Positions 52,380 to 61,959 of a stretch of DNA of 64,000 nucleotides are shown here, piece after piece. Both the position numbers and the translations under genes were made by a program. Location of the stretch: NCBI RefSeq assembly GCF_000737315.1, contig NZ_JMCB01000009.1:186001-250000 (forward strand), read 5' to 3'. The notes below the pieces were generated by a model. It was not told where the DNA came from, did no database searches, and was given only the letters and a program-made list of their open reading frames with translations. This DNA comes from Hyalangium minutum. GTDB taxonomy: Bacteria; Myxococcota; Myxococcia; Myxococcales; Myxococcaceae. How positions within the stretch are numbered: position 1 is the first letter of the stretch; each line of letters begins with the position of its first letter.

Positions 52380-53912
52380 ATGCCGCTTCGTGTTCCCCTC
52401 CTCCTTGTGCTGTGCGCCCTGCTCGTCCCCCTTGCTCCCGCGCTCGCACAGCCCGCGTACAACGAGATCCGCCAGAAGTCGTCCCACAACTCGTACCAGC
52501 GCTCTGAGGCGCTGATCGATCAGCTCGTCTACCACCGCATCCGCTCCATCGAGCTGGACATTCACAATGGCAAGACTGGCTGGTCCGCCGTCTCGGGCAA
52601 CTGGTACGTCTACCACGCCACCACCGAGCCCGAGACCACCTGCCACCGCCTCTCGGACTGTCTGGACGAGCTGCGCGCCTTCCACCTCGCCAACCCCAAC
52701 CACGAAGTCGTCACCGTCTGGGTCGACCTCAAGGACGCCTTCGAGACCGGCCGCATGCCCGCCGATCTCGACACCCGCATCACCACCCACCTCCCCTCCG
52801 CCTGGCTCTTCAAGCCCTCGGACGTCATGGCCGGCTGCCCCGGCGTCTCCAGCCTCCAAGCCGCCGTCACCGGCGCCTGCACCTGGCCCGCCCACACCGA
52901 GCTGCGCGGACGCTTCATCTTCGTCCTCACCGGCGGAGACCTCTCCTCCTCCACCAGCAAGCTCAACACCTACGTCTCCAACGGCTCCACCGCCACCACC
53001 CGCGTCGCCTTCGTCGCCCCAGACCTCACCAGCAGCTCCGGCATCTCCTCGAAGACCTACGCCGTCTTCTTCAATATCCAGGCTCCCAACGCCTCCGTCG
53101 CCAACAACGTCCATCTGGCCAACTTCGTGGGCCGCGTCTGGGACGTGAACGACTCGGGCACCTGGAACGCCGTGCAGCCGCTCAACGTCAACCACATCGC
53201 CACCAACAAGGTGAACTACCACCAGGACACCTGGGCCGTGACGCACAACTCCCTGGGCTGGCCCTTCCAGTGCCTCGACGGCTGGGCCTGCGGCGGCTAC
53301 CAGGAGCCCGTGGATGTCATCGGCGCCGAGGTGAACACCGGCGACATCTGGAGCAGCAGTGACAGCTTCCTCTTCGCCCACGAGTCCAACACCGCCGTCA
53401 CCACCACTTCGTGGACCGCCTCCGTCTCCACCCCCAACAGCCACGTGGACGAGTGGGGCAAGGCCTGCCTCATGGTCCGCGCTGGCACCGCCGCCAACGC
53501 CCGCTACTTCGCCATCTGTCGCGCCGCCGACAACAACAAGCTCCGCATCCAGTACCGCTCCGCTACCGGCGGTGCCTCCTCCGCCTCCGAGGTGGACATC
53601 GTCCCCTCCGACACCGTGGACCAGGAGAGCCTCACCTTCCTCAAGCTCACCGTGCAGTACGACGGCACCCAGACGTGCGCCTGGGGCTATGGCTCGCAGA
53701 ACGGCTCCACCTGGAAGCTCGTCGGCAGCCAGTGCTTCTCCGGGCTGCTCGCCAACCAGGGCCTGGCGGCCGCCTCCCACGGCAGCGGCAAGATGAAGCT
53801 GCTCTTCTCCGGCGTGAAGCGCGGCTCCACCCTCTACCGCGCCGCCTCCTTCCCCTCCAAGACGGCCATTGGCTCGGTGAGCTCCTGGCGCGTCTTCGAC
53901 GGCTTCTTCTAG
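52380..53912 (+). CDS. Secreted PI-specific phospholipase C-like protein with C-terminal beta-sandwich
   Basis: Signal peptide; KSSHNSY, IRSIELDIH, WYVYH catalytic-domain motifs. Confidence 0.8.
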   Translation: MPLRVPLLLVLCALLVPLAPALAQPAYNEIRQKSSHNSYQRSEALIDQLVYHRIRSIELDIHNGKTGWSAVSGNWYVYHATTEPETTCHRLSDCLDELRAFHLANPNHEVVTVWVDLKDAFETGRMPADLDTRITTHLPSAWLFKPSDVMAGCPGVSSLQAAVTGACTWPAHTELRGRFIFVLTGGDLSSSTSKLNTYVSNGSTATTRVAFVAPDLTSSSGISSKTYAVFFNIQAPNASVANNVHLANFVGRVWDVNDSGTWNAVQPLNVNHIATNKVNYHQDTWAVTHNSLGWPFQCLDGWACGGYQEPVDVIGAEVNTGDIWSSSDSFLFAHESNTAVTTTSWTASVSTPNSHVDEWGKACLMVRAGTAANARYFAICRAADNNKLRIQYRSATGGASSASEVDIVPSDTVDQESLTFLKLTVQYDGTQTCAWGYGSQNGSTWKLVGSQCFSGLLANQGLAAASHGSGKMKLLFSGVKRGSTLYRAASFPSKTAIGSVSSWRVFDGFF

Positions 53913-53979
53913 GCCTCGTTGAATAAATGGGCGGCCCTTGCGTCACGGCCCTGCCATTCCCTTACCCGCAGGGCCGCCC

Positions 53980-54642
53980 ATGCTCCTTACCCTCCTTGGA
54001 CTCACGCTCCTCGCCTCCGCCCCGCCCGCTCCTCCCGCCAAGTGCCTGTCCGCCAATGGGCGCACTGCCTGTGGCTACTCGTGCCGCGCCAGCTTCAGCG
54101 AGGTCCGCTGCGCCAGCACCCCATACGGCACCTGTGCCACCTTCAATGATCGCGTGTACTGCTTCGATCCCCCCGCCTCGGCCATCCACCACCCCCCGGA
54201 CGAGGGCCTTCGCCCCGAGTGCAAGGGCGTGGCCGGGCAGGCCGCCTGTGGCTTCAACTGTCTCATCGCCAAGGGCCAGGTGGCCTGCGCCAGGACGCCT
54301 TATGGCGTCTGTCGCGAGCACTTCAACGAGCTGAAGTGCTTTGATCCGCCCGAGGGCACCCTCCACGAGTTCGGCTCCTCCATCCCCCGGCCTGCCTGCC
54401 TGACAGCCTCCACGGCCATCGAGTGCGGTTATGACTGCAAGGCGGACCGCTCGGAGGTGAAGTGCGCCACCACCCCCCGCGGCCGCTGCGAGAAGCACGA
54501 CAACCTGCTCGAGTGCTTTGATCCGCCCGTCCTGACGCAGTGCGCCCACGGCCAGCCGCCGGATCCGGACGAGGTGCGCAAGCCGAAGTCCCAGCGTCAG
54601 GACGAGCAGGAGGCTCAGGAGAAGGAGAAGGCCCAGCGCTGA
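53980..54642 (+). CDS. Secreted protein with three 6-Cys tandem repeats
   Basis: Signal peptide; three units C-x8-CG-x2-C-x8-CA-x-TP-x-G-x-C-x8-CFDPP. Confidence 0.8.
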   Translation: MLLTLLGLTLLASAPPAPPAKCLSANGRTACGYSCRASFSEVRCASTPYGTCATFNDRVYCFDPPASAIHHPPDEGLRPECKGVAGQAACGFNCLIAKGQVACARTPYGVCREHFNELKCFDPPEGTLHEFGSSIPRPACLTASTAIECGYDCKADRSEVKCATTPRGRCEKHDNLLECFDPPVLTQCAHGQPPDPDEVRKPKSQRQDEQEAQEKEKAQR

Positions 54643-54854
54643 CCGCGTCCTTCCATTCCGCTTCCTCCCCCGGCCCTGCCCCGCGAAGCACCTTCCCAGG
54701 GCGTGGAAGCAGATTGCCCCCCTCCGAACAACCCCTGGCCCACCCGAACCCCTGAAGGTTGCCACTCCGACCGGCACCCCGCCTGCAAGGCACCGCAGCG
54801 TAGACGTGCGCCCACTCGAACCGGGGCGCGCGGAGTTCAACCAGGGGGTCGGTC

Positions 54855-56762
54855 GTGGATGGGTGGAAGCGTGGAGCGAAGTGGGCGGTATGTGCCGCCG
54901 CAGTGGGGCTATGGGTGCAGTGCAGCGGGGAGCCGGAGTCTCCGGTCTCCATTACTACCGAGGAGAGCGGAGTCGTCGAAGAAGCCCGGACGTTCATTCC
55001 CATCGCGGATGCGCGCGTGGATGCCAACAACCCGGCGACGAACTACGGCGGTGATTCGGTCCTGAAGGTGGATGCGTCGCCGGATTACGAGACCTTCTTG
55101 CGCTTCGAGGTGAGCGGGCTGAGCGGCACCGTGCGCCGAGCCAAGCTCCGCCTGTATGCGACGGATGCCACGGCGAATGGGCCCTCTGTCTACACCACGG
55201 GCTCATCGTGGCAGGAGAGTTCGGTGACGTTCCAGACGAAGCCCTCCGTGCAGACGCACCTGTCCACGGCGGGCGCGGTGGCGGCCAACACGTGGGCCGA
55301 GTGGGACGTCACCGCCGCCGTCTCCGGCAACGGCACGGTAAACCTCGCGCTGGTGCCCACCGGGAGCGACGGCGCCGTCTTCTGGTCGCGCAACACGAGC
55401 TCGAACGCCGCCTACCGGCCGCAGCTCGTGGTGACGGTGGAGACGAGCACGCCCACACCGCCGCCGCCCGGTAGCGGGGGCTGGACCTTCTATGGCACCG
55501 CCCAAGGAGGGCCCCGCTACGTGTACGGGGTGAGCGCCGACGCGGGCGGCAACATCTGGGTGGCCGGTGGCGAGGAGGGACTCTTCGTCCTCCAGGCGGG
55601 CCATACGCGGTTCCGCCGCTTCACCATGGCGGATGGCCTCAGGCCCTACGGCTACATGCTCGACGGGAGGGCGCCTTCGGGAGTGAAGTACCTGAAGGTC
55701 ATCTCCGTGGCCGGAGGCCCCGCGGGCGTCGCCTTCGTGGGCTACCAGGGCAAGCCGCCCGCCTCGGGCATGCCCACCTGCGAGGACGAGTGGGATCAAG
55801 CCTACTACGCGGGCCGCACCCCAGACGCGAGCGTCTACAAGAGCGGCGACGCGGATCGGGTGACGCTCACCGCCACCGGCATCCATGTGGTGCACTACGA
55901 CTTGTCCACCGGTCCCAACAAGGTCGCCGCCGAGCCACGTGGCAGGGAGAAGCTCTGCAACATCTGGCGCATTGCCTATGACGCCCGGACGAACAGCGTC
56001 TGGTTCGGCGCCAACCACGGCTTTGCCTGGGGCCGCGCCAACTTCCCTGGCTACAGCTGCGCGCCGGGCACTTGGGACTACGGCTGCGCCGGGGTGATGG
56101 AGCACGTGCATCCGGCCATCAACGCGTGGAACTCCTCGAAGACGGGCGGCATCCTGCTCACCGACGCGTACTACGGCGTGTCGGTGGCCTCGAACGGAGA
56201 CGTGTGGTTCGGCGGCGCCAACCGCTCCACCCGCTTCCGCTACGGCACCAACGGCAACAACTACTGGCAGGCCCAGGTGGAGACCGAGGGCAGTTCCTAC
56301 ATATGGAACCGCATCGACATCTGGCCCGACGCCGTGGCCGAGCCCACCTGGCCTACTCGCGAGCAGCGCGTGGATGACCACGTGTCCGGCATGGCCGTCA
56401 TGAGTGATCAGACGGTCTGGGTGGGCAGTTGGGACCGGGGGCTCGCCCAGCTCAGCTCCTCGGGCCACGTTCTTCGACGGCTCTCCACGCAGCTGGCGGA
56501 TGGACACGGGTACGTGGCGTCCGTGGCAGCCGATCCGCTCGACAACAGCGTCTGGGCGGGCATGTCCTGGGGCGGAGGCCTGAGCCGCGTGCGCGGCAGC
56601 AGCATCCAGCACTACGGCAGCGGCGTCCTGCCCAGCTCGATGCTCAACCTCCGCGTGTCGGACATCCAGGTGGACCGCTCGGGCAGCCGCCGCCGCATCC
56701 TCGTCGGGTTCCTGGGCGACGCCTCCACGCCCGGCTCCGTCGGCATCTACACGGGACAGTAG
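54855..56762 (+). CDS. DNRLRE/CBM96-like domain + beta-propeller secreted protein
   Basis: ADARVDA..P.TNYG...L.VD.....TFLRFEVSG..G.V..AKLRLY module, Pro-rich linker, propeller repeats. Confidence 0.75.
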   Translation: MDGWKRGAKWAVCAAAVGLWVQCSGEPESPVSITTEESGVVEEARTFIPIADARVDANNPATNYGGDSVLKVDASPDYETFLRFEVSGLSGTVRRAKLRLYATDATANGPSVYTTGSSWQESSVTFQTKPSVQTHLSTAGAVAANTWAEWDVTAAVSGNGTVNLALVPTGSDGAVFWSRNTSSNAAYRPQLVVTVETSTPTPPPPGSGGWTFYGTAQGGPRYVYGVSADAGGNIWVAGGEEGLFVLQAGHTRFRRFTMADGLRPYGYMLDGRAPSGVKYLKVISVAGGPAGVAFVGYQGKPPASGMPTCEDEWDQAYYAGRTPDASVYKSGDADRVTLTATGIHVVHYDLSTGPNKVAAEPRGREKLCNIWRIAYDARTNSVWFGANHGFAWGRANFPGYSCAPGTWDYGCAGVMEHVHPAINAWNSSKTGGILLTDAYYGVSVASNGDVWFGGANRSTRFRYGTNGNNYWQAQVETEGSSYIWNRIDIWPDAVAEPTWPTREQRVDDHVSGMAVMSDQTVWVGSWDRGLAQLSSSGHVLRRLSTQLADGHGYVASVAADPLDNSVWAGMSWGGGLSRVRGSSIQHYGSGVLPSSMLNLRVSDIQVDRSGSRRRILVGFLGDASTPGSVGIYTGQ

Positions 56763-56888
56763 GCCTCAGGACCTGACACGGACTCCGGCGGGGGCCACAC
56801 GCTCCGCCGGAGCCGTTCCACTCGGGGATGAAGACTGGCAGCCCTGGGTTTCCACGGTGTATGAACGGCTCTCCACCGAGGAGAGCCC

Positions 56889-58295
56889 ATGCGTCTTCAG
56901 GACAGTCCACGAGGGGCCTCGCTTCTCCTGCTGGCCGCCGTACTGCTGTCCAGCACCGCGCTCGCGCAAGAGCCCGAGGTGCCGGACTGGGCGGAGGGTT
57001 GGAAGCAGACCTGGCTGGAGGCCTACAAGAACGGCTCCCTGCAGCTCTCCGCGAAGGTGAACCCCCGCTACCTGGGCAACGGCCCGCAGGAACTCCTCGC
57101 CGTGCTCGAGCTGCGCGCTCCAAACTTCCCCCCGGGCGAGCACCCTCCCGCCAGCGTGGCGCTGATCATCGACCACTCGGCCTCCACCGCGGGCCGCCAC
57201 CTGCTCATCGCCCGCAGGGCCGCGCTGGATGTGATGGATGGGCTCAAGGACTCGGAGCACCTGGCCATCATCAGCGTGAGTGACAAGCCGCGCGTCCTCC
57301 ATGTGGCGCCGCTGACGCCGGAGAACCGGCAGAAGATGCGCACCTACGTCTCCCAGCTCCAAGCCGAGGGCCGGAGCGATCTCTCCGCCGGCATCGACGC
57401 CGCCAACGCGGAGCTGGCCTCCCCCTCCGAGGCGAACTTCTACAAGCAGGTGATCATCCTCAGCGATGGGCGTCCCACCGACGGCATGGTGGACCAGGAC
57501 GGCCTGGCGGAGCTGGCCCGCGTGGCACGCGAGGAGAGCAGCATCCACACCAACACGGTGGCCGTGGGCAATGACGCGGACATCGACTTGATGGCGGGCA
57601 TTGCCAAGCAGGGCTGGGGCTTCGCGGCCACCCTGAACGACTCCTCCGCCACCGAGCGCGTGGCGAAGCGGCAGCAACTGGATCTCGTGCGGCGCGCAGC
57701 CAATGCGGTGGAGCTGCGCGTCAGGGCGGGCCCCACCGTCACCCTGGTGGACGTGATGGGCGCGGAGGCCACCATCAAGGGCAACCTGGCACGCATCTCC
57801 GTCGGAGAGATCGGCCCGGGAGAGACGATCCCCATCGTCCTCCACCTGTCCACGGACAACGTGGGCAAGCAGGTGCGCCCCATAGATCTGGCCCGGGTAG
57901 AGCTCACCTACGAGGATGCGCTCGTCGAGAAGCGCCGCACGCAGAACCTCACCGTGGAGGCGGAGCTCAACCCGGCCCAGGCCCGGGGACGCGGCTCGCT
58001 GAACGTCGAGGCGCTGCGGGCTGGGGCCCTGGCTTACGTGAAGGAGCACACCGCCCACGCCGACGAGGCCGCCGAGGATGGGGATCAGCTCACCGCCAAG
58101 GAGCTCCTCGACTCCACCCGCGAGAACGTGAAGCAGATGGGCGCCTTGGCCCGGCTGGAGATCACCGACGCGCTGGCCCTGCTCAACGAGCGCAGCAGCC
58201 AGATCCTCCAGCAGGCGCGCCCCCCCCCCAAGCCGGATCCGCTGGGCGACAAGAAGAAGAAGTCCTCCAAGCTCCAGAAGAAGAAGAAGCGTTAG
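56889..58295 (+). CDS. Secreted vWA domain protein
   Basis: Signal peptide; MIDAS DHSAS, ILSDG.PT; Lys-rich tail. Confidence 0.8.
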   Translation: MRLQDSPRGASLLLLAAVLLSSTALAQEPEVPDWAEGWKQTWLEAYKNGSLQLSAKVNPRYLGNGPQELLAVLELRAPNFPPGEHPPASVALIIDHSASTAGRHLLIARRAALDVMDGLKDSEHLAIISVSDKPRVLHVAPLTPENRQKMRTYVSQLQAEGRSDLSAGIDAANAELASPSEANFYKQVIILSDGRPTDGMVDQDGLAELARVAREESSIHTNTVAVGNDADIDLMAGIAKQGWGFAATLNDSSATERVAKRQQLDLVRRAANAVELRVRAGPTVTLVDVMGAEATIKGNLARISVGEIGPGETIPIVLHLSTDNVGKQVRPIDLARVELTYEDALVEKRRTQNLTVEAELNPAQARGRGSLNVEALRAGALAYVKEHTAHADEAAEDGDQLTAKELLDSTRENVKQMGALARLEITDALALLNERSSQILQQARPPPKPDPLGDKKKKSSKLQKKKKR

Positions 58296-58331
58296 CCCGC
58301 TGAGCGCCGCGACTCACCCGAGGAGTGCACC

Positions 58332-59162
58332 ATGAGCATCACTGTGTTCGACAAGCCCGGAGCGAAGGTCAAGCTCAGTACCCTCTCCGAGCAGCCTCCC
58401 AAGAAGCTAACCGAGGAGGATGCACGGCAGGAGTTCGACAAGCTGGGCCAGGAGTTGTTCGATCTGCAGGACCTGCTCTGGGGCGCGCGGATGAACTCCG
58501 TGCTCGTCATCCTCCAGGGACGCGACAGCGCCGGCAAGGATGGGACCATCAAGCACGTGGTGGGCTGCCTCAACCCTCGCGGCGTCCACGTCACCTCCTT
58601 CGGTGTGCCTACCTCGGAGGAACTCGAGCATGACTTCCTCTGGCGCATCCACCGCCACTCGCCGCGCAAGGGCGAGTTCGCCATCTTCAATCGCTCGCAC
58701 TACGAGGATGTGCTCGTCGTCCGGGTGCACGACCTGGTGCCCAAGTCCCTGTGGAAGGAGCGCTACGAGCACATCCGGGACTTCGAGGAGCTGCTCGCCG
58801 AGCACGGGACGATCGTCCTCAAGTTCTTCCTCCACATCAGCAAGGGCGAGCAGAAGAAGCGCCTGCTCAAGCGCGAGGAGGATCCGCGCACGGCGTGGAA
58901 GCTCAATGCGGGCGACTGGGAGGAGCGCGAGCTGTGGGACGAGTACACGGACGCGTATGAGGAGGCCATCTCCCGCACCTCCACGGAGCTGGCGCCGTGG
59001 CACATCGTCCCCGCGGACACCAAGTGGTACCGCAACCTCGTGGTGGCCCGCGCCATCGCGGCCGCGCTCCGGCCTCACCGCAAGGCGTGGCAGAAGCAAC
59101 TGGATGAAGTCGGAGCGAGCAAGAAGGCAGAGCTGGAGGCCTGGCGCAAGGGCCAGCGCTGA
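58332..59162 (+). CDS. ppk2: Polyphosphate kinase 2 family (class III-like)
   Basis: QGRDSAGKDG, HDFLWR, FNRSHYEDVL, KFFLHISK, PADTKWYR. Confidence 0.92.
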   Translation: MSITVFDKPGAKVKLSTLSEQPPKKLTEEDARQEFDKLGQELFDLQDLLWGARMNSVLVILQGRDSAGKDGTIKHVVGCLNPRGVHVTSFGVPTSEELEHDFLWRIHRHSPRKGEFAIFNRSHYEDVLVVRVHDLVPKSLWKERYEHIRDFEELLAEHGTIVLKFFLHISKGEQKKRLLKREEDPRTAWKLNAGDWEERELWDEYTDAYEEAISRTSTELAPWHIVPADTKWYRNLVVARAIAAALRPHRKAWQKQLDEVGASKKAELEAWRKGQR

Positions 59163-59254
59163 CCTCCGGGGCTCGGGAGGGTGGCGCACCTTATGGAATG
59201 GAACCCGGCGAGGGAAGCTGTAGGCTCCCGCGCCCTCAGGGCTGGAGGGCCAAC

Positions 59255-60238
59255 ATGAAGGCAGCGCGTTTGACGAAGTTCGGAGCTCCGCAGGACTCCA
59301 TTCACGTCGTGGAGGAGGAAGTCGGCCCGCTGGCGCCGGGCGAGGCCCTCCTGGAGGTGCTAGTCACCCCCATCAACCCGTCGGACATCGCCACCATCGC
59401 CGGGCTCTACGGAGTGCTACCCAAGCTACCGGGCGTGCCGGGCAACGAGGGCGTGGGCCGTGTAGTCCAGGTGGAGGGCGAGGCGCCCGTGCAGGTGGGC
59501 GATCTGGTGTTCCTGCCCATGGGCAGCGGCACGTGGCGCACCCACATGAAGGCCAAGGCCCAGCGCCTGCTGCCCGTGCCTCCTGGGAAGGATCTGCTGC
59601 AGATGTCCATGCTGTCCGTCAACCCGCCCACTGCGGAGCTGCTGCTGAGCGAGTTCGGCAAGCCCCAGCGCGGCGAGTGGGTCATCCAGAACACGGCCAA
59701 CTCGGCGGTGGGGCGCTACCTCATCTCCCTGGCGAAGCTGGAGGGCATCAAGACGATCAACGTCGTGCGCCGCAAGGAGCTGGAGCCGGAGCTGAAGGCC
59801 CTGGGCGCGGACGTGGTGCTGGAGGACGGTGACGGGCTGGCCGAGCGAGTGCGCGAGGCCACCGGCGGCGCGAAGGTGATGCTGGGCATCGACGCGGTGG
59901 GTGGCTCGGCGACGTTGAGGCTGGGCGACGCGGTGAGCGCAGGCGGCACGGTGGTGCACTACGGCTCCATGAGCGGCAAGGCGGCCACCCTCTCCCCCGC
60001 GGCCCTGATCTTCCGGAACGTGACGCTGCGTGGCTTCTGGCTGGTGCCCTGGTTCAACAACACCCCACGCGAGACCCAGGCCGCGCTCATGGCGCGCCTG
60101 GCGAAGCTGGTGGGAGACGGCACGCTGAACGTCCCGGTGGATGCCACCTTCCCGCTGGAGAACCTCCAGGAGGCGCTGGCGCGGGCCATGGAAGGCGGAC
60201 GCCAAGGCAAGGTGCTGCTCACACCCGTGAAGCGCTAA
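59255..60238 (+). CDS. MDR-family trans-2-enoyl-CoA reductase-like oxidoreductase
   Basis: PINPSD...[40 protein letters not shown]. Confidence 0.88.
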   Translation: MKAARLTKFGAPQDSIHVVEEEVGPLAPGEALLEVLVTPINPSDIATIAGLYGVLPKLPGVPGNEGVGRVVQVEGEAPVQVGDLVFLPMGSGTWRTHMKAKAQRLLPVPPGKDLLQMSMLSVNPPTAELLLSEFGKPQRGEWVIQNTANSAVGRYLISLAKLEGIKTINVVRRKELEPELKALGADVVLEDGDGLAERVREATGGAKVMLGIDAVGGSATLRLGDAVSAGGTVVHYGSMSGKAATLSPAALIFRNVTLRGFWLVPWFNNTPRETQAALMARLAKLVGDGTLNVPVDATFPLENLQEALARAMEGGRQGKVLLTPVKR

Positions 60239-60261
60239 CGAAGGATACGGGGAGAACACGC

Positions 60262-61029
60262 ATGCCTGGACGAGTCGAAGGCAAGGTTGCACTGGTGACA
60301 GGGGCTGCATCGGGGCTCGGCGCGGCGATGGTGCGGATGCTCGTGCGCGAGGGCGCCAAGGTCGCCATCACGGATCTCAACGAGGCGTCGGGCCAGTCCC
60401 TCGCGAAAGAGCTGGGCGAGGCCACTCGCTTCTGGCGCCTGGACGTCACCAAGGAGGACGACTGGAGCTCCGTGGTGGACGCGGTGCTGGCCACCTTTGG
60501 CCGGCTCGACGTGCTGGTGAACAACGCGGGCATTGGCGTGGTGAAGGACATCGAGACGTGCTCGCTCCAGGAGTGGCGCCTGGTGCACGCGGTGAACCTG
60601 GATGGCGTCTTCCTGGGCTGCAAGCACGGCATCCGCGCCATGCGGCAGTGCGGCGCCAAGGGCTCCATCATCAACGTCAGCTCCGTGGCCGGGCTGGTGG
60701 GCGTGGCGGCCCTCCCCGCATACAGTTCCAGCAAGGGCGGCGTGCGATTGCTGTCCAAGTCCGTGGCGCTGCACTGCGCGAAGAAGGGCTACGGCATCCG
60801 CTGCAACTCCATCCACCCTGTGTTCGTGGAGACCCCCATGGTGGACGCACTCGCCAAGGCCATGGGCCCTGCCGACAAGAGCAGAGAGCGGCTGATCAAG
60901 AGCATCCCCATTGGCCGGTTCGGGCACCCGGACGAGGTGGCCAACGCCGTGCTGTTCCTCGCCTCGGATGAGTCCTCGCTGATGACGGGCTCCGAGGTGG
61001 TGCTGGACGGCGGCGCCACGGCGATGTGA
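60262..61029 (+). CDS. Short-chain dehydrogenase/reductase
   Basis: [25 protein letters not shown]. Confidence 0.93.
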   Translation: MPGRVEGKVALVTGAASGLGAAMVRMLVREGAKVAITDLNEASGQSLAKELGEATRFWRLDVTKEDDWSSVVDAVLATFGRLDVLVNNAGIGVVKDIETCSLQEWRLVHAVNLDGVFLGCKHGIRAMRQCGAKGSIINVSSVAGLVGVAALPAYSSSKGGVRLLSKSVALHCAKKGYGIRCNSIHPVFVETPMVDALAKAMGPADKSRERLIKSIPIGRFGHPDEVANAVLFLASDESSLMTGSEVVLDGGATAM

Positions 61030-61047
61030 GCGGCGCGGCCCGCCCGC

Positions 61048-61959
61048 TCAGCGGATGCGCACGCGCCCATCCTGGATGCGCGCGTCGCTCCCGAGATCCT
61101 CGGAGAGGCTCTGAATGAGCTGGGCCGCTCCGGGATCGTCCTGAACGAGCCGCGGCGGCTCTCGCAGCCCGGCTCGCAACGGCACGGCCTCCACGTCCAC
61201 CGCCGCGCCCTTCGCGTCGATGCGGAAGCGCAGCACGTAGGCGTCCCGCTCCTCGGTGCAGCGGCAGGAGAAGGCCACGTTTCCCAGCGAGTACGCGATG
61301 ACTCCCCTGCCCCGCCGCTCGATGCCCTGCGGCGTGTGCGGCCCGTGGCCCAGCACCGCCGTGGCCCCCGCATCGATCAACCTCGCCGCCAGCCTCCGCT
61401 GCTCCTTCGAGGGCAGCAGCGCCCCCGTTCGCCCCCAGTGCAGGGACACCAGCACCGGCCCCACCTTACGGGCCTCGCGCACCCGCGCCTCCAGCGCCAC
61501 CGCCGCTGCTTCCGGCCAGCCCTCGGTCACCTCCCGGGCGATAAGCCGCACCCGCTGGCCCTGACGGACGAGCTCGGCCTCCTCAGAGGCCGTGGCTGAC
61601 TGGATGCCCTGTTCCCGCAGGTGCGCCACTGTCTCCGCGAGCCCGGCCTCGCCCTGATCCAGCGCGTGGTTGTTCGCCAGGGAGACCCCGTCCACCTTGC
61701 CCTGGAGCCAGCGGGCCATGGCGGGCGGCGCGTTGAACTTCAGGGGGCCCTGCGGCTTGCCCTCGCCCGTGAGCCCGGACTCGCGGCCCGAGGCCGTCAG
61801 CGGTCCTTCCAGGTTGACGAAGCGGACATCCCCCTGGAGCAATGTGGCGAGCGGCGCCACCTGCGCCTCGGGCGTGCTGGCGCTGAGCTGCAAGTCCCCC
61901 GCGGCAGAGACGGTGACGGGCGAGGCCGCCAGGAGCAGCGACAGGAGCAGGCCCATCAC
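61048..61959 (-). CDS. CapA-family metallophosphoesterase
   Basis: [34 protein letters not shown]; 4-bp overlap with the kinase stop. Confidence 0.85.
   Translation of the reverse strand: MMGLLLSLLLAASPVTVSAAGDLQLSASTPEAQVAPLATLLQGDVRFVNLEGPLTASGRESGLTGEGKPQGPLKFNAPPAMARWLQGKVDGVSLANNHALDQGEAGLAETVAHLREQGIQSATASEEAELVRQGQRVRLIAREVTEGWPEAAAVALEARVREARKVGPVLVSLHWGRTGALLPSKEQRRLAARLIDAGATAVLGHGPHTPQGIERRGRGVIAYSLGNVAFSCRCTEERDAYVLRFRIDAKGAAVDVEAVPLRAGLREPPRLVQDDPGAAQLIQSLSEDLGSDARIQDGRVRIR

Noticed and set aside
56783-56812. CTCCGGCGG...CCGCCGGAG hairpin (and CGGCGGG...CCCGCCG near 40215) as novel RNA
   Set aside because: Simple post-stop stem-loops consistent with ordinary terminator or stability elements.
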